Part shown: piece by piece, positions 1 to 11,800 of the stretch
Layout: each line of letters starts with the position of its first letter
Position numbering within the stretch: position 1 is the first letter of the stretch
Assembly: GCA_046563655.1 (NCBI GenBank)
Contig: CM102286.1
Coordinates: 9,734,001-9,798,000, forward strand
DNA: 64,000 nt
Origin: Yuukianura sp. NJ FZ-2021
Lineage: Eukaryota
Direction: 5' to 3'
The notes under the pieces: generated by a model
Told to the model about the DNA's origin: nothing
Seen by the model: only the letters and a program-made list of their open reading frames with translations
The model's database searches: none
Made by a program: the position numbers and the translations under genes

Positions 1-66
1 TGCACGGGCTGCAGGTTGGCCTGCAACCTGCGCAGGTTTACCTGCAGGCTACCACCTCTGGTAGGG
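1..66. mobile_element. Probable right end of a CMC/EnSpm-like DNA transposon or MITE (cut by window edge)
   Basis: Short palindromic GCAGG/CCTGC subterminal repeats ending in ...CTGGTAGGG (CCCTAC terminus on the - strand), with an abrupt shift to AT-rich DNA afterwards. Confidence 0.35.
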
Positions 67-299
67 TATTGTGGATTGTTTACTTAAGGAGAGTTTCTGC
101 ATTGGCGGAAATTAAAATGAATACCGGGAATTTTTAAAAATTAAAACCTCAATGATTTTACTCTTAAATATTAAGAAGAAAATAGAGTTGAAGAATCCTC
201 TTGGGGAAACAGAAAATAAAAGAAGCAATAGTTTGGATTCACATTCGATAAAAAAAATTAGAATTCAATTTCTTTCTTGAAATTTGAGTTAATTTTGTT

Positions 300-306
300 A
301 AAAAAA
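300..306 (-). terminator. RNA polymerase III oligo-T terminator of the 7SL gene
   Basis: T7 run on the - strand directly after the 7SL 3' end. Confidence 0.8.
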
Positions 307-605
307 TTGGATTGAGGTCCGACTGTATTGCCGAGGCTGGGTGAGGGGCGGAACTCCCAGACGCAATCCCCCTACTGCCCGACACGAAGGCTTTTGGCTG
401 CTGAGTTTCCCCCCTGGCCCGGTTCGCCTTTCCTTAGCAAACCTGGATGCATGAGACTCCTCCCACACACCCATATTGATGCCAGGCTTAGATGGGACGC
501 CCAGTCAACGTCACCAACCTCCCACCCAGAGCCCCCCAGCTCAAGCCATCCACTCACTCCGGCCTCCCAGACACTGGATTACAGGAGCACGCCACCACTC
601 CCAGC
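307..605 (-). ncRNA. 7SL: 7SL / signal recognition particle RNA
   Basis: Reverse complement reads GCTGGGAGTGGTGGCGTGCTCCTGTAATCC...GGCATCAATATGG...CCAGGTTTGCTAAGGAAAGGCGAACCGGGCCAGG...AGCAG...CCCAGCCTCGGCAATACAG, colinear with metazoan SRP RNA (Alu domain and S domain). About 300 nt, followed by an oligo-T tract, with a TATA-like TATAAG about 27 nt upstream. Confidence 0.93.
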
Positions 606-2264
606 CAAGGGAAACGCAGAAAATAGACAAACTTATACCTAGGACACGGCTTCGATTCCAGCAGGCCGCATTCTTTTTATTTCTTTTTTACTATAATTAT
701 AGTCCACATTGTCCATTTTTCAATCGGTTATGAATCAAATTGATGAAATTATTTTATTTCAGAAGTAAATTTGACCTTTTGTAGTAAGAAAATTAGCCAG
801 GAATAAGTTAACCAAACCTCGAAGTATTTTTGTTGTTACCGTAAGGGTTCTGAAGTGTGCGGGTGTGTATTATTCCATGCAGACGTAATTTTGTAATCTT
901 AGTATTTGTTACTGACTGGCGACGTAAATGCTTTATTACATTAAATTTTTGAAATTTGAAATAATTATGCTTTTTATTTCTTTTTGAATAAGGTAAGGTA
1001 AACGTTAACTCAGCTTTTGAAATTCTCTCTGATCTTTTTTCGTTCTTTGAAAGGAATTCAACTGGAGCATATACAGTTTTCATTAACATTGACTTGTATA
1101 ACGAGACGTTTGCAGTGAGTGTACTTTCTTGATTTATTGCTTTTTAAATTAAAAATGCTTTTGCTTAAAATGTTGCGCAGGTATACATCATCTTTTAACT
1201 CCACATCGTACTGATTGAAAGTTTCAAGCATTTTGTGATGTGGTGGTACCGCAGCCTGCATATTATCAATGATATCATGCGGATATAATTGTTTTATTTA
1301 TCTAACATGAGAGGAATAGGCATAACGATTATTCGATTCTCGGGTTCATATTAGACCTTTTACGGTAAACTTTTTGTTTCAAAGTTGAGAGAGGAAATGC
1401 TCGACAGTTCCGCGAGAGATGGCAGTAGTGCCCCGTCATTCCAAACAATATGACGCTTCAAAGTTAACAACTCAAACAAAATTATTTAACTCACTTCCGA
1501 ATCCGATCCGATTCTCGTCGTCGGTGGATTCATGTCGTAAATTGGCTGGCAATAAAGAATGGGTTAATTTGACTCATGTAACGTTATAAACCTGTAACAA
1601 CGTGGGGTTTTAGCCAACGCGAGTAATTAGCGATGCTATTTTTGTAAGGTTAACAGTAAGTTACTGTCAGTAACACGCGGACAGTCGTAGAAATTTTAAA
1701 CGTAAAGACAAAGTAATTCTGAAACTGTGACCTTCTGATTTTGAATTGTTTATGCAATCAAGCTTTCATAAGTTATGAATCATAACACGCGTTGTGTATA
1801 TATCTGAAAAAAAAACATTCACGATATTATTTTGTTGTTCTTTAGGAAACTTATTCAAGTTAGGAATTAAGTTTTCCTAGCCCGTTCTGGCAGTTTGCCC
1901 AAAAAATTTGACGGTTAATTGCTTCCGTCAAAAGATTTGCAGACGGACGAGGACGTGACTAACTTGACCTTTCTTTCAAAAATTTATCATCGTCATCTCC
2001 ATTAAAGTTGTTTTATGCGCTTAAGCTTAATTTTAAGCAGTTTTAAGTGTATATCTTATGATCAACATCCCTTTGTTTGCCTAAGAAATGAATTTTAAAA
2101 TGCTAATAGCATCCGGAACATAAATAATAATTTTAAAAGGCAAAAAAATGGCAGAAACTTAATAAAAGACAAGTTCCACGGAGAAATTTTCACATAGTCA
2201 CTTTAACTGTGTCTGGAATACAAAGCGACTGAAAACTTTAGGTCTTTAATTTCGCGATTTAGGT

Positions 2265-3297
2265 ATGGAACAGAAGACTACGAAATTGTTATTGGTGTGC
2301 TTAGTTGGTGCAATTACGACTACCAATGGGCAACGCGTGATCAAACCAGCATCATCCAATGAGCTGCAAGGAGCCCTGGCTCAGGCTTCACAGGGCGACA
2401 CAATCCAAATGCTTCCAATGGTATACCGAGGTGACTTTGTCGCTTCTGCCAACGGTGCTAAACTTACCGGAGACTACAATTCGACCATAGAAAGTGATGG
2501 AGTCGGTCTGACTGTTCGAGGGTCAAATTGGAAAATTGGCGGGTTTTGGATCAAGGGCCCAACACAAGGGCTCGTGATTGAAGGAAACGACAATTTCGTA
2601 GAAGGAGTCGTTCTGCAAAAGACAGGTCAAGCAATTGTAGTCAGAGGGGAAGGAAATACGGTCAAGGCATGCGTGATTTCTGAAGCTGATCTGGGCATAA
2701 TCTTAGAAAAGTCTAAAAATACACTACGAGCAAATTCGGTCAACATCCAAACTCCAGCTATCATTGTTCCGAAGGATTCATGTTGCAATGTGTTGGATGG
2801 AAATGTTGCCAATGGTGAGGTCAACATAGAAGGATCCGGGAATAAGCTGAGCGGGAACGTTTGTAATCACGGTAATTCAAAAACGAAGAAACTCGGAATA
2901 TCATGAAACTTACGTTTTCACATTGCGTTTTACCTGTGTAGGTCTTTATGTCACTGGATGTGACAACGAGTTTAGCGGTAATGTTGCCAACGGAGCATCG
3001 TTTCCAAAACATTGTCAGGCACATGACAAGGGAGGAAACGTTTACCGAGGACTTGGACCGGGAGACACTGACTTGCCAAATTCAAACCAGCCTAAAGACC
3101 CTGGTTACTATCAACAGTCTGGTCCTGGACCGAATAATTCTGGTTACTACCAGTCCCCGCCTGGACAGAATAATCCGGGTAACTATCAAGCCCCGCCTCC
3201 TGGACAAGGATATGGTCAACCAGGATCTGTTCCAGTTCAAGTATTTGGAAACAATGGAGGACCTGCTCCGAAATGTTCTTGCAGTTGTAATTATTAA
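2265..3297 (+). CDS. Secreted right-handed parallel beta-helix (pectin-lyase-fold-like) protein with Pro/Gly/Gln/Tyr-rich tail; exons 2265-2871 and 2942-3297, about 320 aa
   Basis: Hydrophobic signal peptide; 'LQGALAQASQGDTIQMLPMVYRG' cap; repeated (V/I)xGxxNxxxG(N) beta-helix coils. A 70-nt GT..AG intron (2872-2941) joins the two ORFs in frame (NH-G-LYVTGCDN). Confidence 0.85.
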
Positions 3298-5871
3298 GTA
3301 CTCTTCTGATGTTTACTTTCGGATCTAAAAGAAGCGACTATACAAAAGCTTAATCTCTTACGAAGAAAGTCAAAATACTTCCACCATGATATTTTCGACC
3401 TTATTTAAACATGTACGACGAAAAGTACCTGCTGATTCTACAATTGCAGTTGCAACTTTCAACTTCCCTAAAAGGCATTGAATTAATAATTTCTAATTTC
3501 AATGTTTTCCGAAATCCGGATTTAACTAAATAAAGCTATCCCACATGTTAAGAGGTCATTCTGCCATTTAACGAGGGCATTCGTCATTCGAAGGCATCAT
3601 CAACTCAAATATAATAAATTCAATCAACAATCGAATCTTAACAACGTTTTATTATTTATTGCTGCCGGCCAGGAGGAAGCTGAAAGCATAAAATTTAGAA
3701 CATAAAATGAACTAACTAACCTACGAAAAGGAGTACAACTGATCTGCTTGACCCCAAAACTTTTTACTAATACTGTAGTGGATGCAGTATTATCCAATTT
3801 TGATATTAAAGTGTCACTTTCATTTTCGTTTCATTTTGAAAGAATATGTGTGCGCTTTGAAAACTTCAATGCCCTCTTATTTGGTGCAGGGTTCGCAAAA
3901 TAAAACGTTATTTTCCGAAAATAACGTTGGAAACATTAATTTTGTTAGAAAAGTGTTAGAAACGGGAAAAAAGTGAAGTTCGTAATGCCGTTGTTCAAAC
4001 TGATTTTGAGCAGGAAATCGCTATTTACTAAAACACAAGCAACTCTTAATAAGACTAAAACTAAAAATTGTGGAAACTAATTATCCGTTTCGCCTTCAGA
4101 ATTGTAAAGTATCTCTTCAACGTCAGATCCACCGTTTGACTGAATTTAACTTGAAACAGTCAAAATCAACGAGAAGTCAAGCGAGAGTAAGTGATCGTTT
4201 GTCGACTTCTTCCTTGTTTCTTTTGTTTTCACTTAATTAATTTCCGCTCTCACTTTGCAAAATTCTCAAAGTCAATTCCTATGTATCAAGATTTGAATAA
4301 AAAAAACATGCGTTTTTTAAATTCTGTTTCCATCAACGTTCCTAACGTTAGAAGCACGACGTTTCTAACATTTGGCGAACCCTGATTTCATGTTTACAAA
4401 ATTGTTTAAATTGGGATTGGGATCAATAGCGGCAGCGCCATCTCTCAAAGCACGAAATGAATCTCATGTGTTTACTAACAACAAATTCCTCTTTGTTTTT
4501 TCGTGAGGAATCTCTGCGAATTGTACTGGAGGAACGTCGAATTTCTGGAATTCTAAAGTTACTAAAAACTGGCAAGTGGAAAGTGGCAATGTTCTGCTGC
4601 ATAGCTTTGGGATTCGTGTATTCGACATTACATTTATTTATCTTTAGCGAAGTTGGAATTTAATTCATCGGGGTTTACTTTCATTTGAGAAGTATAAGTT
4701 ATACTGTATAACTGTTCGATTCAGTTTCAGGATTTGGGTAACTACTAAATGATCATATCAAGTTAGTCTACCGAACCAGTTTGTAATTCGTATTTGCATT
4801 TCCATTTCTCCTAGGCAAGGTATTACTAAAACACTTGATTGCTCTGGTGTTGTATTGGACGATGTTCCGGTTTCGGCTCCAAAATAAGCAGTAAAATACT
4901 AAAATGTCATCTCATAAGTGCTACTTTTCAACATGGTGGTGGAACTGGAGTGAAAACGAGCATCATGGCTATGGCAGCGAAGGTATTTTTACGGTTTTAC
5001 CTGAACGTCTTATTCAATGGTCTGATTCGTACTACCTGTTCACTTTCACTGCTTAATCCGTCAACTTCAAATCACATAGAAAAGGCTTGAGCCAAACAAA
5101 GTCTTCAAGTTTAAACTTTTACCCTCGTTTTGTAGGCAGTGTTGTTGCTAGAGTGGGATCCGATCCCTACGTCACGGAGGACGACTGCATCATTTGGGAG
5201 TCACATAAATGGAAGTCTACGGAAACGGATAGAGGTACTACTATAGAACAGGTAAGTTAAGGATTCTATTGTGTCTCGGATCCACTTACTACGTTGCACT
5301 TGGGAACCCCTCATTAGGCTTAAGAGGTGGATTTGGTTTATACTTTTGTCTTTTTGTAGGGGTTGGTTGGATCTGTGGGGCTGGTAGTGCTAGAGATGAG
5401 GTATTTACCTGTGGGATTTTCTCTACAGGTGTGTTTATCCATTAGGAAGAAGAGTTCGTAAGGATTCTGAATGTTGATGATCTTGATGAGATAGTTGGAA
5501 AACTCCTCCAAGTCAGAACTTCATCAATCGGTGTCGGCTTAAGGTGTAGGGAATTTTTGGTCCGGCTTTTAACTATTTTAAGGGTTGAAGGGGGTTACGG
5601 GACTGGGGTGATTGTTTTTAGTTGAGTCCGAAGTAGATCATTTCGGTTATCAAATTAATCAGCAAAACTAACGTTAGCGATTAATTAATAACTGGTTTTT
5701 TGGTAGTAAGTTGGAAAGACTTCTAGCAGAGTCAACCGGTCAATTTCTGGAATTGTTTAGGGAAAGAGAAAGCCGAAATCAAACACCAGTTTAAGTCAAT
5801 TCGTTTAAGTTTGATTCCCACCACATCCAAATTTTGATATTATCTGATTGATATTTGGTCTAAACTGCAAG

Positions 5872-8800
5872 ATGGATCCAGAGTCCAACTTAATCGTTGA
5901 AATCAAGGATGAGGCCTCTGGAGACATTCCAAGTTCACCGCTACCGCCTAGTAATCCAGTGTCTCATTTGGGCGTTCTATTTATTGCTACTGCTGGTCAG
6001 AATGGTCCCAACTTGGGTTGTGATGAAGAAGAAATCGTTCTCCTGGTGCTATCTATTCTTAAAGTCTCCACTAACGAGGTACGTTATTGATTACTTTTTA
6101 ATTTAATTTCACTTTAATTCGACCAAGCGTCATGTTCCTGTTTTTGCAAAATTCGGGTTTTGCAAATCTGTCACTCTCGTACGTCACATTCTCCGGCGTC
6201 ACCAATCTACTTCCTGCACGAAAAAAACATTCCATCTTTCCATCCATTTTGATTCAAAATTTAGAAAAAAAAAACTATCTGTAATATTGAATTTGAGAAT
6301 TGCCATTGCAAAATATTTCCTCGACAACTTTAGTCGTGACTTAAATTCATGTTAAAAAATTTCTTTGGTTATGTTTTTTTCGTGATGTTTGAATTCAAAG
6401 CTTTCTGTTTTCGAAGTCTTCCAAACTTGGATTAATCGTAACTAAATTTACTAACTTCCGTTAGTATGACTGAAAACAAAATTTTATATTGATGAAATGA
6501 AATGAATTTTCATCATTTTAATCCTACGTCCGTTCCTCACAAAATATGGTCTATTAAAAATTGTTTCTTGCCATTGAAGCCATTCATGTACAAGTTTCAT
6601 ATAAACCGAATGAATGCTCATTCGTTCGTTTTTAAAATCTTAGAAAGACCACAGTTATGTATGGACTATGGCCGCCGACAGGAGAAACAGGTTTGCATTA
6701 GAGACCTAAAAAATAAGTTAACTCGTCCCCACCGGGCATCATTTTTCTTTGGTGGATGCAAGATTACTGGGCTCTTTGCAACGTAACGCCATTGTATCTT
6801 CCAAGAATTCAGCAAGCGAAATATTTCATCCCCCATCCATTTTTGTTTTAAGCTAAACTCAACCAATTTCCATAATAGTAATACCAACAAAAACGTTTTG
6901 CCAATTGCGACTGAGAGTGCATACAGTCGAAATGATGGAGAGAGTTCATAGCCCTTGGTAATACTTAAAAATTGTAAATTAGTTTCGACACTTCGCAGTC
7001 GCAGTTAGTCATTAGTCACTCCGGAATATTTTAGTCTCCGTTTACCCCCAAACTCTGCACTGGAAGTGAAGGCGAAATGCTGATGAATGTATTTTGTTTT
7101 TTGTTTTAGGTGGTGGAAACAAAATCATTCGTAGTTCAACCCCACACGTCCGATATTAATGAAAATCTCTTGTCCGAAGAATGTAAAGTTGACTTTAAAT
7201 TGTCCGAAGACCAAGTGAAGAATGCAAAAATACTGGACGAAGTCATTGAACAGGTCAGTTGATCTTACGGATCAATATTTTCTAATACTGAGATGCGTGG
7301 AGACCCTTAAATTTTGTATTTTTAGTTAGCTAACATAATTTTGTCAATCTTTTTGCAGATTGATGAATTTATCAGGATATTTGTTGGGCGCGACGATGTG
7401 TTTGTTCTAGTTGCGGATGGCCAGTTACCTCTTCGACAGTGTCTGCATCCCGAAACTTCAGCCAAAGAAATCAATCTACCCGAATACTATAATTCGTTTT
7501 TTGACCTCAGGAAAGAGTTCTTCGCTGGCTGTCATTATGTTCCAGAAAGCATTGACGAAATGCTAAAACGTAAGTCTCTTTTAAATATTTTCCATTTTTG
7601 GCGCGTATTGAAATTTTGTGGCAATTTTGTTGACTCTAAATAGTTTGGAACGGGTTCGTTCAACTGCGTCGTCACCTTGAAAATGCCTGCAAACATTGTT
7701 TGAGTCCCTATCATTTTTCATATTTAGGAGTAATTAGTTCAAGTATAATTGGAACCTTAAAATACATTTTGAATTCTCGAGATGATTTTTTGGAGCGTAG
7801 GGTTTTAATTGTTAAGGTGGAGTGTGAGTACTATTGCTTGGTGTGCATCTCAAGTTCGGAGTTTTCCATGCGAACTTCCGGTTACGCTTCAGCATGAAGT
7901 ACTATCATCTTGCTTTGAATCTTTTCTTGAAGACGAGTTTGGTCCGTTGAATTTTGGAAATGCTGACGGTGCGTATACTATTTTTGTTGTTTCCGTTTGT
8001 AGAACTTTTTCGTTTGTAAACGCATGAGCCCACAAACAGTCATCAACGGACCGTTGCCTTTCCTCCGAAATGGAGTTTTAGTGTTCATTTCCAGTACCTA
8101 CTTTTATTCAGGCGTAATTGCTTCTTCTAATGGCCAGTCAGCTAAAAACCTGTGCTCGTAGCTCGTTAACTGATGTTGGGGTACCTGTTGAAACCAGCCT
8201 AATTAGCTCTTAGCACCACAAGTAGCATAGACAAGTTCTCAGCGTCGGTACTTTCAGACTCGTCGTGGTAGGGATTTGCAATTCGTGGTTGCATTAAGAC
8301 AGACGGAAATAAAACGTTTTAAAGAGGAGAATTTATCAGATCGATGTTCGAATTTGGAAGAAAAATTCTTAGAAAGATTTAGCGATTTTAAGATAAGCAG
8401 GCAACAACTTTATGGCGAAAATATTTTGAAGACGAAGAAAATGTGTGGAAAGGGAGGTGGGGCTCTAGCATTAGAATGAATCCATTATTGTCAATACTGA
8501 ATTTCAAAATTTTATGAAAAAGGTTCTTACTATTTTAAATCGTTGTTGTAGTTTTTGAAAACTGTTCCTTTTTCTTTGGAAGAAAGTGTACCCAGTTTCC
8601 ACTTTATTTCTTGGTTCCGTTTTACCACTTTTGTTTGCGCTCGGCTTGATGAATTTTTTTCTAGAATTGGTTGCAATTGTTTTGGTCCAAGCAGTTAAAA
8701 GTAGTTTGTTCAACATAGACCCGGGAGAGCTAAAAAGAGTTCGGAAATGTGAAATTAGAACGTCGAATTTCTTTGTCCCTTTACATTTTTGAACATTTTA

Positions 8801-11800
8801 CAGATCATTTTTGATCATTTTTTTATTTGAACAAGAACGGGTTCCGCCCAAAAAGCCATTGTTTTCTTTTCCCGCTCATTTTTTTCGACAGCCACGTCAC
8901 TATTATGAAAAAGCTTGCTTTAGAAATTCGCGAGATTAAATATTTCTTTCCGTCTAAAATTTATGGCAACAGCTACTGACTGAGCGACAGACAAATGAAT
9001 CTTAAAGTTTTTAGCATCATAAATTAGAAAGTGCCGGCCGCTTATTTTAATTTAAGCTCAACTCCTCCCTGGTCAATGTTTTCCTAATTTTGACTAGGAT
9101 GTCTCAGCAGAATTTTTTGAAAGTGCATGGGTAAACATAAGGTAGAAACATTAACATTCTATGTGGCAATATATTCGTAGTAATTGACTTGTTTGTCTCA
9201 ACGATGCTAATTGTTCAGCCGAACGTTTCACAAGTGGGAACAAAAGTTGAAAGCACTCAATTATTGACACAACTCATTCTAAATGGCTACTGGAATTCCA
9301 CATCTGTAGTATGTAATAAGCAGTTCTCAAATTAAATTGCGATAAGTTGTAAAAAATTTACGGGAGAGACGAACAGTCCAATGATGATGCCTTTCCGTTT
9401 TATTGCCACCGTCTTGTCTAATTTTCTTTGAATATGAGAGAAAAGGCTAAAGAATTTTCGTGGTTGTGGTAATACTAATGACTGGTGCAGTTTAGCATGG
9501 CGTTGCAAATTCTTTGTATCATCATCGCGCCCTCGCTTATGGCAATCGTGTCCTGTAGAGTTGCGAGGATTGGCCGTCCTTCATTTGGCGATTTAAAAAT
9601 AGACATGTCCCGGAGTGTCCTAAGCGTGGGATTTAAATCTAGTTTATGCTAGACGGGAGTATAGGGAGTTCGTAGGGATTGGAAAATGTTCGTGATGGTC
9701 GGTGACCCCTTGAGACGTCTTTGGAATAAAAAAAGTAAATACCTCAGAGTACAAAAAGTCGTTTTTGAAAGGACGAAGGCTCTAGACTGCCTTGCATGCA
9801 CTGGGACTGAAGATGAGAAAGGGCTCCAGGGCGGATGATCATGGGAGAAAAAGCGGATGAATTGAAGGAGAAATGCCTTTTGAAGATGAGATTTTGAAGG
9901 AAGATGCAATCTAAGAAGGAGCCAAGAGGCGAAATTTCATCTCGTCCTCAAGTGGTTTCAGTCTTTGGGCCTTTGGAATCCACGTTCTTCCCATTATTTG
10001 AGCAGGCAGGGCTCGGGACCTGATAGTTAAGGAGGATTGCAATTGCAATAATAATATAAAAAGTGCAATTCACAATTCTTACATCCCCTTAAGAAGGCTC
10101 GTCTTGCCTATTTTACGGACGTTACATTATTCTTTTTTAGTGCATCCATCCCACTTCCCACAGGTACAGAGCAATACAATGCTAAGATGACGAGGAACAT
10201 TTTTCAGTCGTGTCTTGTCGAGATGCGAAAATCCTGTAGTTCAAACTATGCACATCCACATCGTAATAACCTTGCATCCTAATATATGTCGTTCTCGTCT
10301 GGCGAGTTTTCTGCGTTCTGTGGCGTCCTGGTTCTTATTTCTTTAAAAAAAAATTTTTTGAGTTTTGTGCAAGTTTTTTGGCAATTTAAAACTTTTTTTT
10401 TCATGTTTTTTGGACTTGGTTCGTGGGTTCCCTTGGGTAAAATGTTATGTTTTAGATTTGGAACTGGAGATTTGAAGCAATTTGAACACTGCAAAAGTAG
10501 ATAGTTGTTAAAGCATGCAATGCGAAGACACGCCGCCGTAAGCGGTTTGTAGGATTTCTGAATCCGAAATGGAAATTTTCTTGTGAAGTATTGTTGTAGT
10601 GGGTCTCAAGAGAATGAATCGACCGACCCTGAACTTGTTCCTTTTGGAAGTTGAGCCAGAGCCAAAAGAACTAAACTAACCAGTCTGCTCATGATTGCTA
10701 TGTTGGTTGATAGTGGTGAAGCTGCTTGGATGTGCTGAATTGCTAAAAAAAACACTGCTTGCGTATCACGTTCTTCCCCCTTAGCAAATCCTGTCTTGAA
10801 TGGAGAATGGACTCGATCAACTTACACTTTTCGAAGTGGCAGTTTATAATTCACGACACGATGGGAGATTGAAAAGAGGCGGGCGTGCAGAATCTAGTCA
10901 AGTGTTAAGCTCATTGTATTTTTTTTAATTCACGGATTAATTGTTTATTACAAAGTTAAACACATCCCTTATTCTAGACTAAATTGAGATCCCATTTTCT
11001 TTAATAATTTTTCATACGTGTCAAAATTGGCAAGGTGTAGTAATTACAAAAACCGAAACCGGTATTGATATTAAAGTTAATTTTTGTATATAGGAAAACT
11101 CATTAGGATTTGATTTTGATATGGGTAGGCAGTGGAGAAAGGCATGATTGATGTTTTTTTTCTACCGATAGTGGAAAAGAATAAAATCGTGTCCATTAAT
11201 TTTTTTTTCGGTGAAGGGGATGCAATAAAACTGAAAATTGAAAATATTCGGTGAAGAAACTTGTTTTTGGTTTGATCTTTCTGAACTGCCATTACTGGAA
11301 TGGCAGAGAACTCGTCAGATCAGAGGATATGAAAGCCACTCAAGATTTTTTCAGAAGCTTCAACTGCTATCACTAACAACTTTGATGTTGATCTTCCCAC
11401 AATATTTTTTGTAAACTGGCGACTTTTTTGTACTATTGTTCAACTTTTTTTGAGCAGTGATTAAGTGACCCATACCTCCATCGAAAAGCAGTGTCAATCC
11501 TTTGGCTTAGGATCCATCTTTGCTAGTTATGAATTATGTACTAAAATATTATGAATTTGGTAACTTTAATCGGTAGATTGGAGCTATTTGTGTAGTATTT
11601 TGCTGGACCGTCTGCGTTAGGCTTGAAATGAATAGCATTGTTGCATCGATCTCGTTTTTCAAGAATTCGTTTTCTGAAAAGCCGGTCTCACGCCCTGTGG
11701 TAGTATTACAAACTCCTGTACTTTTAAAGGGCTCTTTGGTATTTCATTTGAGCCCTTTAACATCCCTTGTGTAGCATGTGAGCTACATTGTTTTAAGGCG

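Noticed and set aside
328..733. Overlapping ORFs of 61-104 aa and an Alu-like look
   Set aside because: Explained by the GC-rich 7SL RNA gene on the - strand; it includes the S domain that Alu elements lack.
808..1261. Two adjacent minus-strand ORFs (93 and 67 aa)
   Set aside because: No recognisable domain or convincing splice structure; possibly a decayed fragment.
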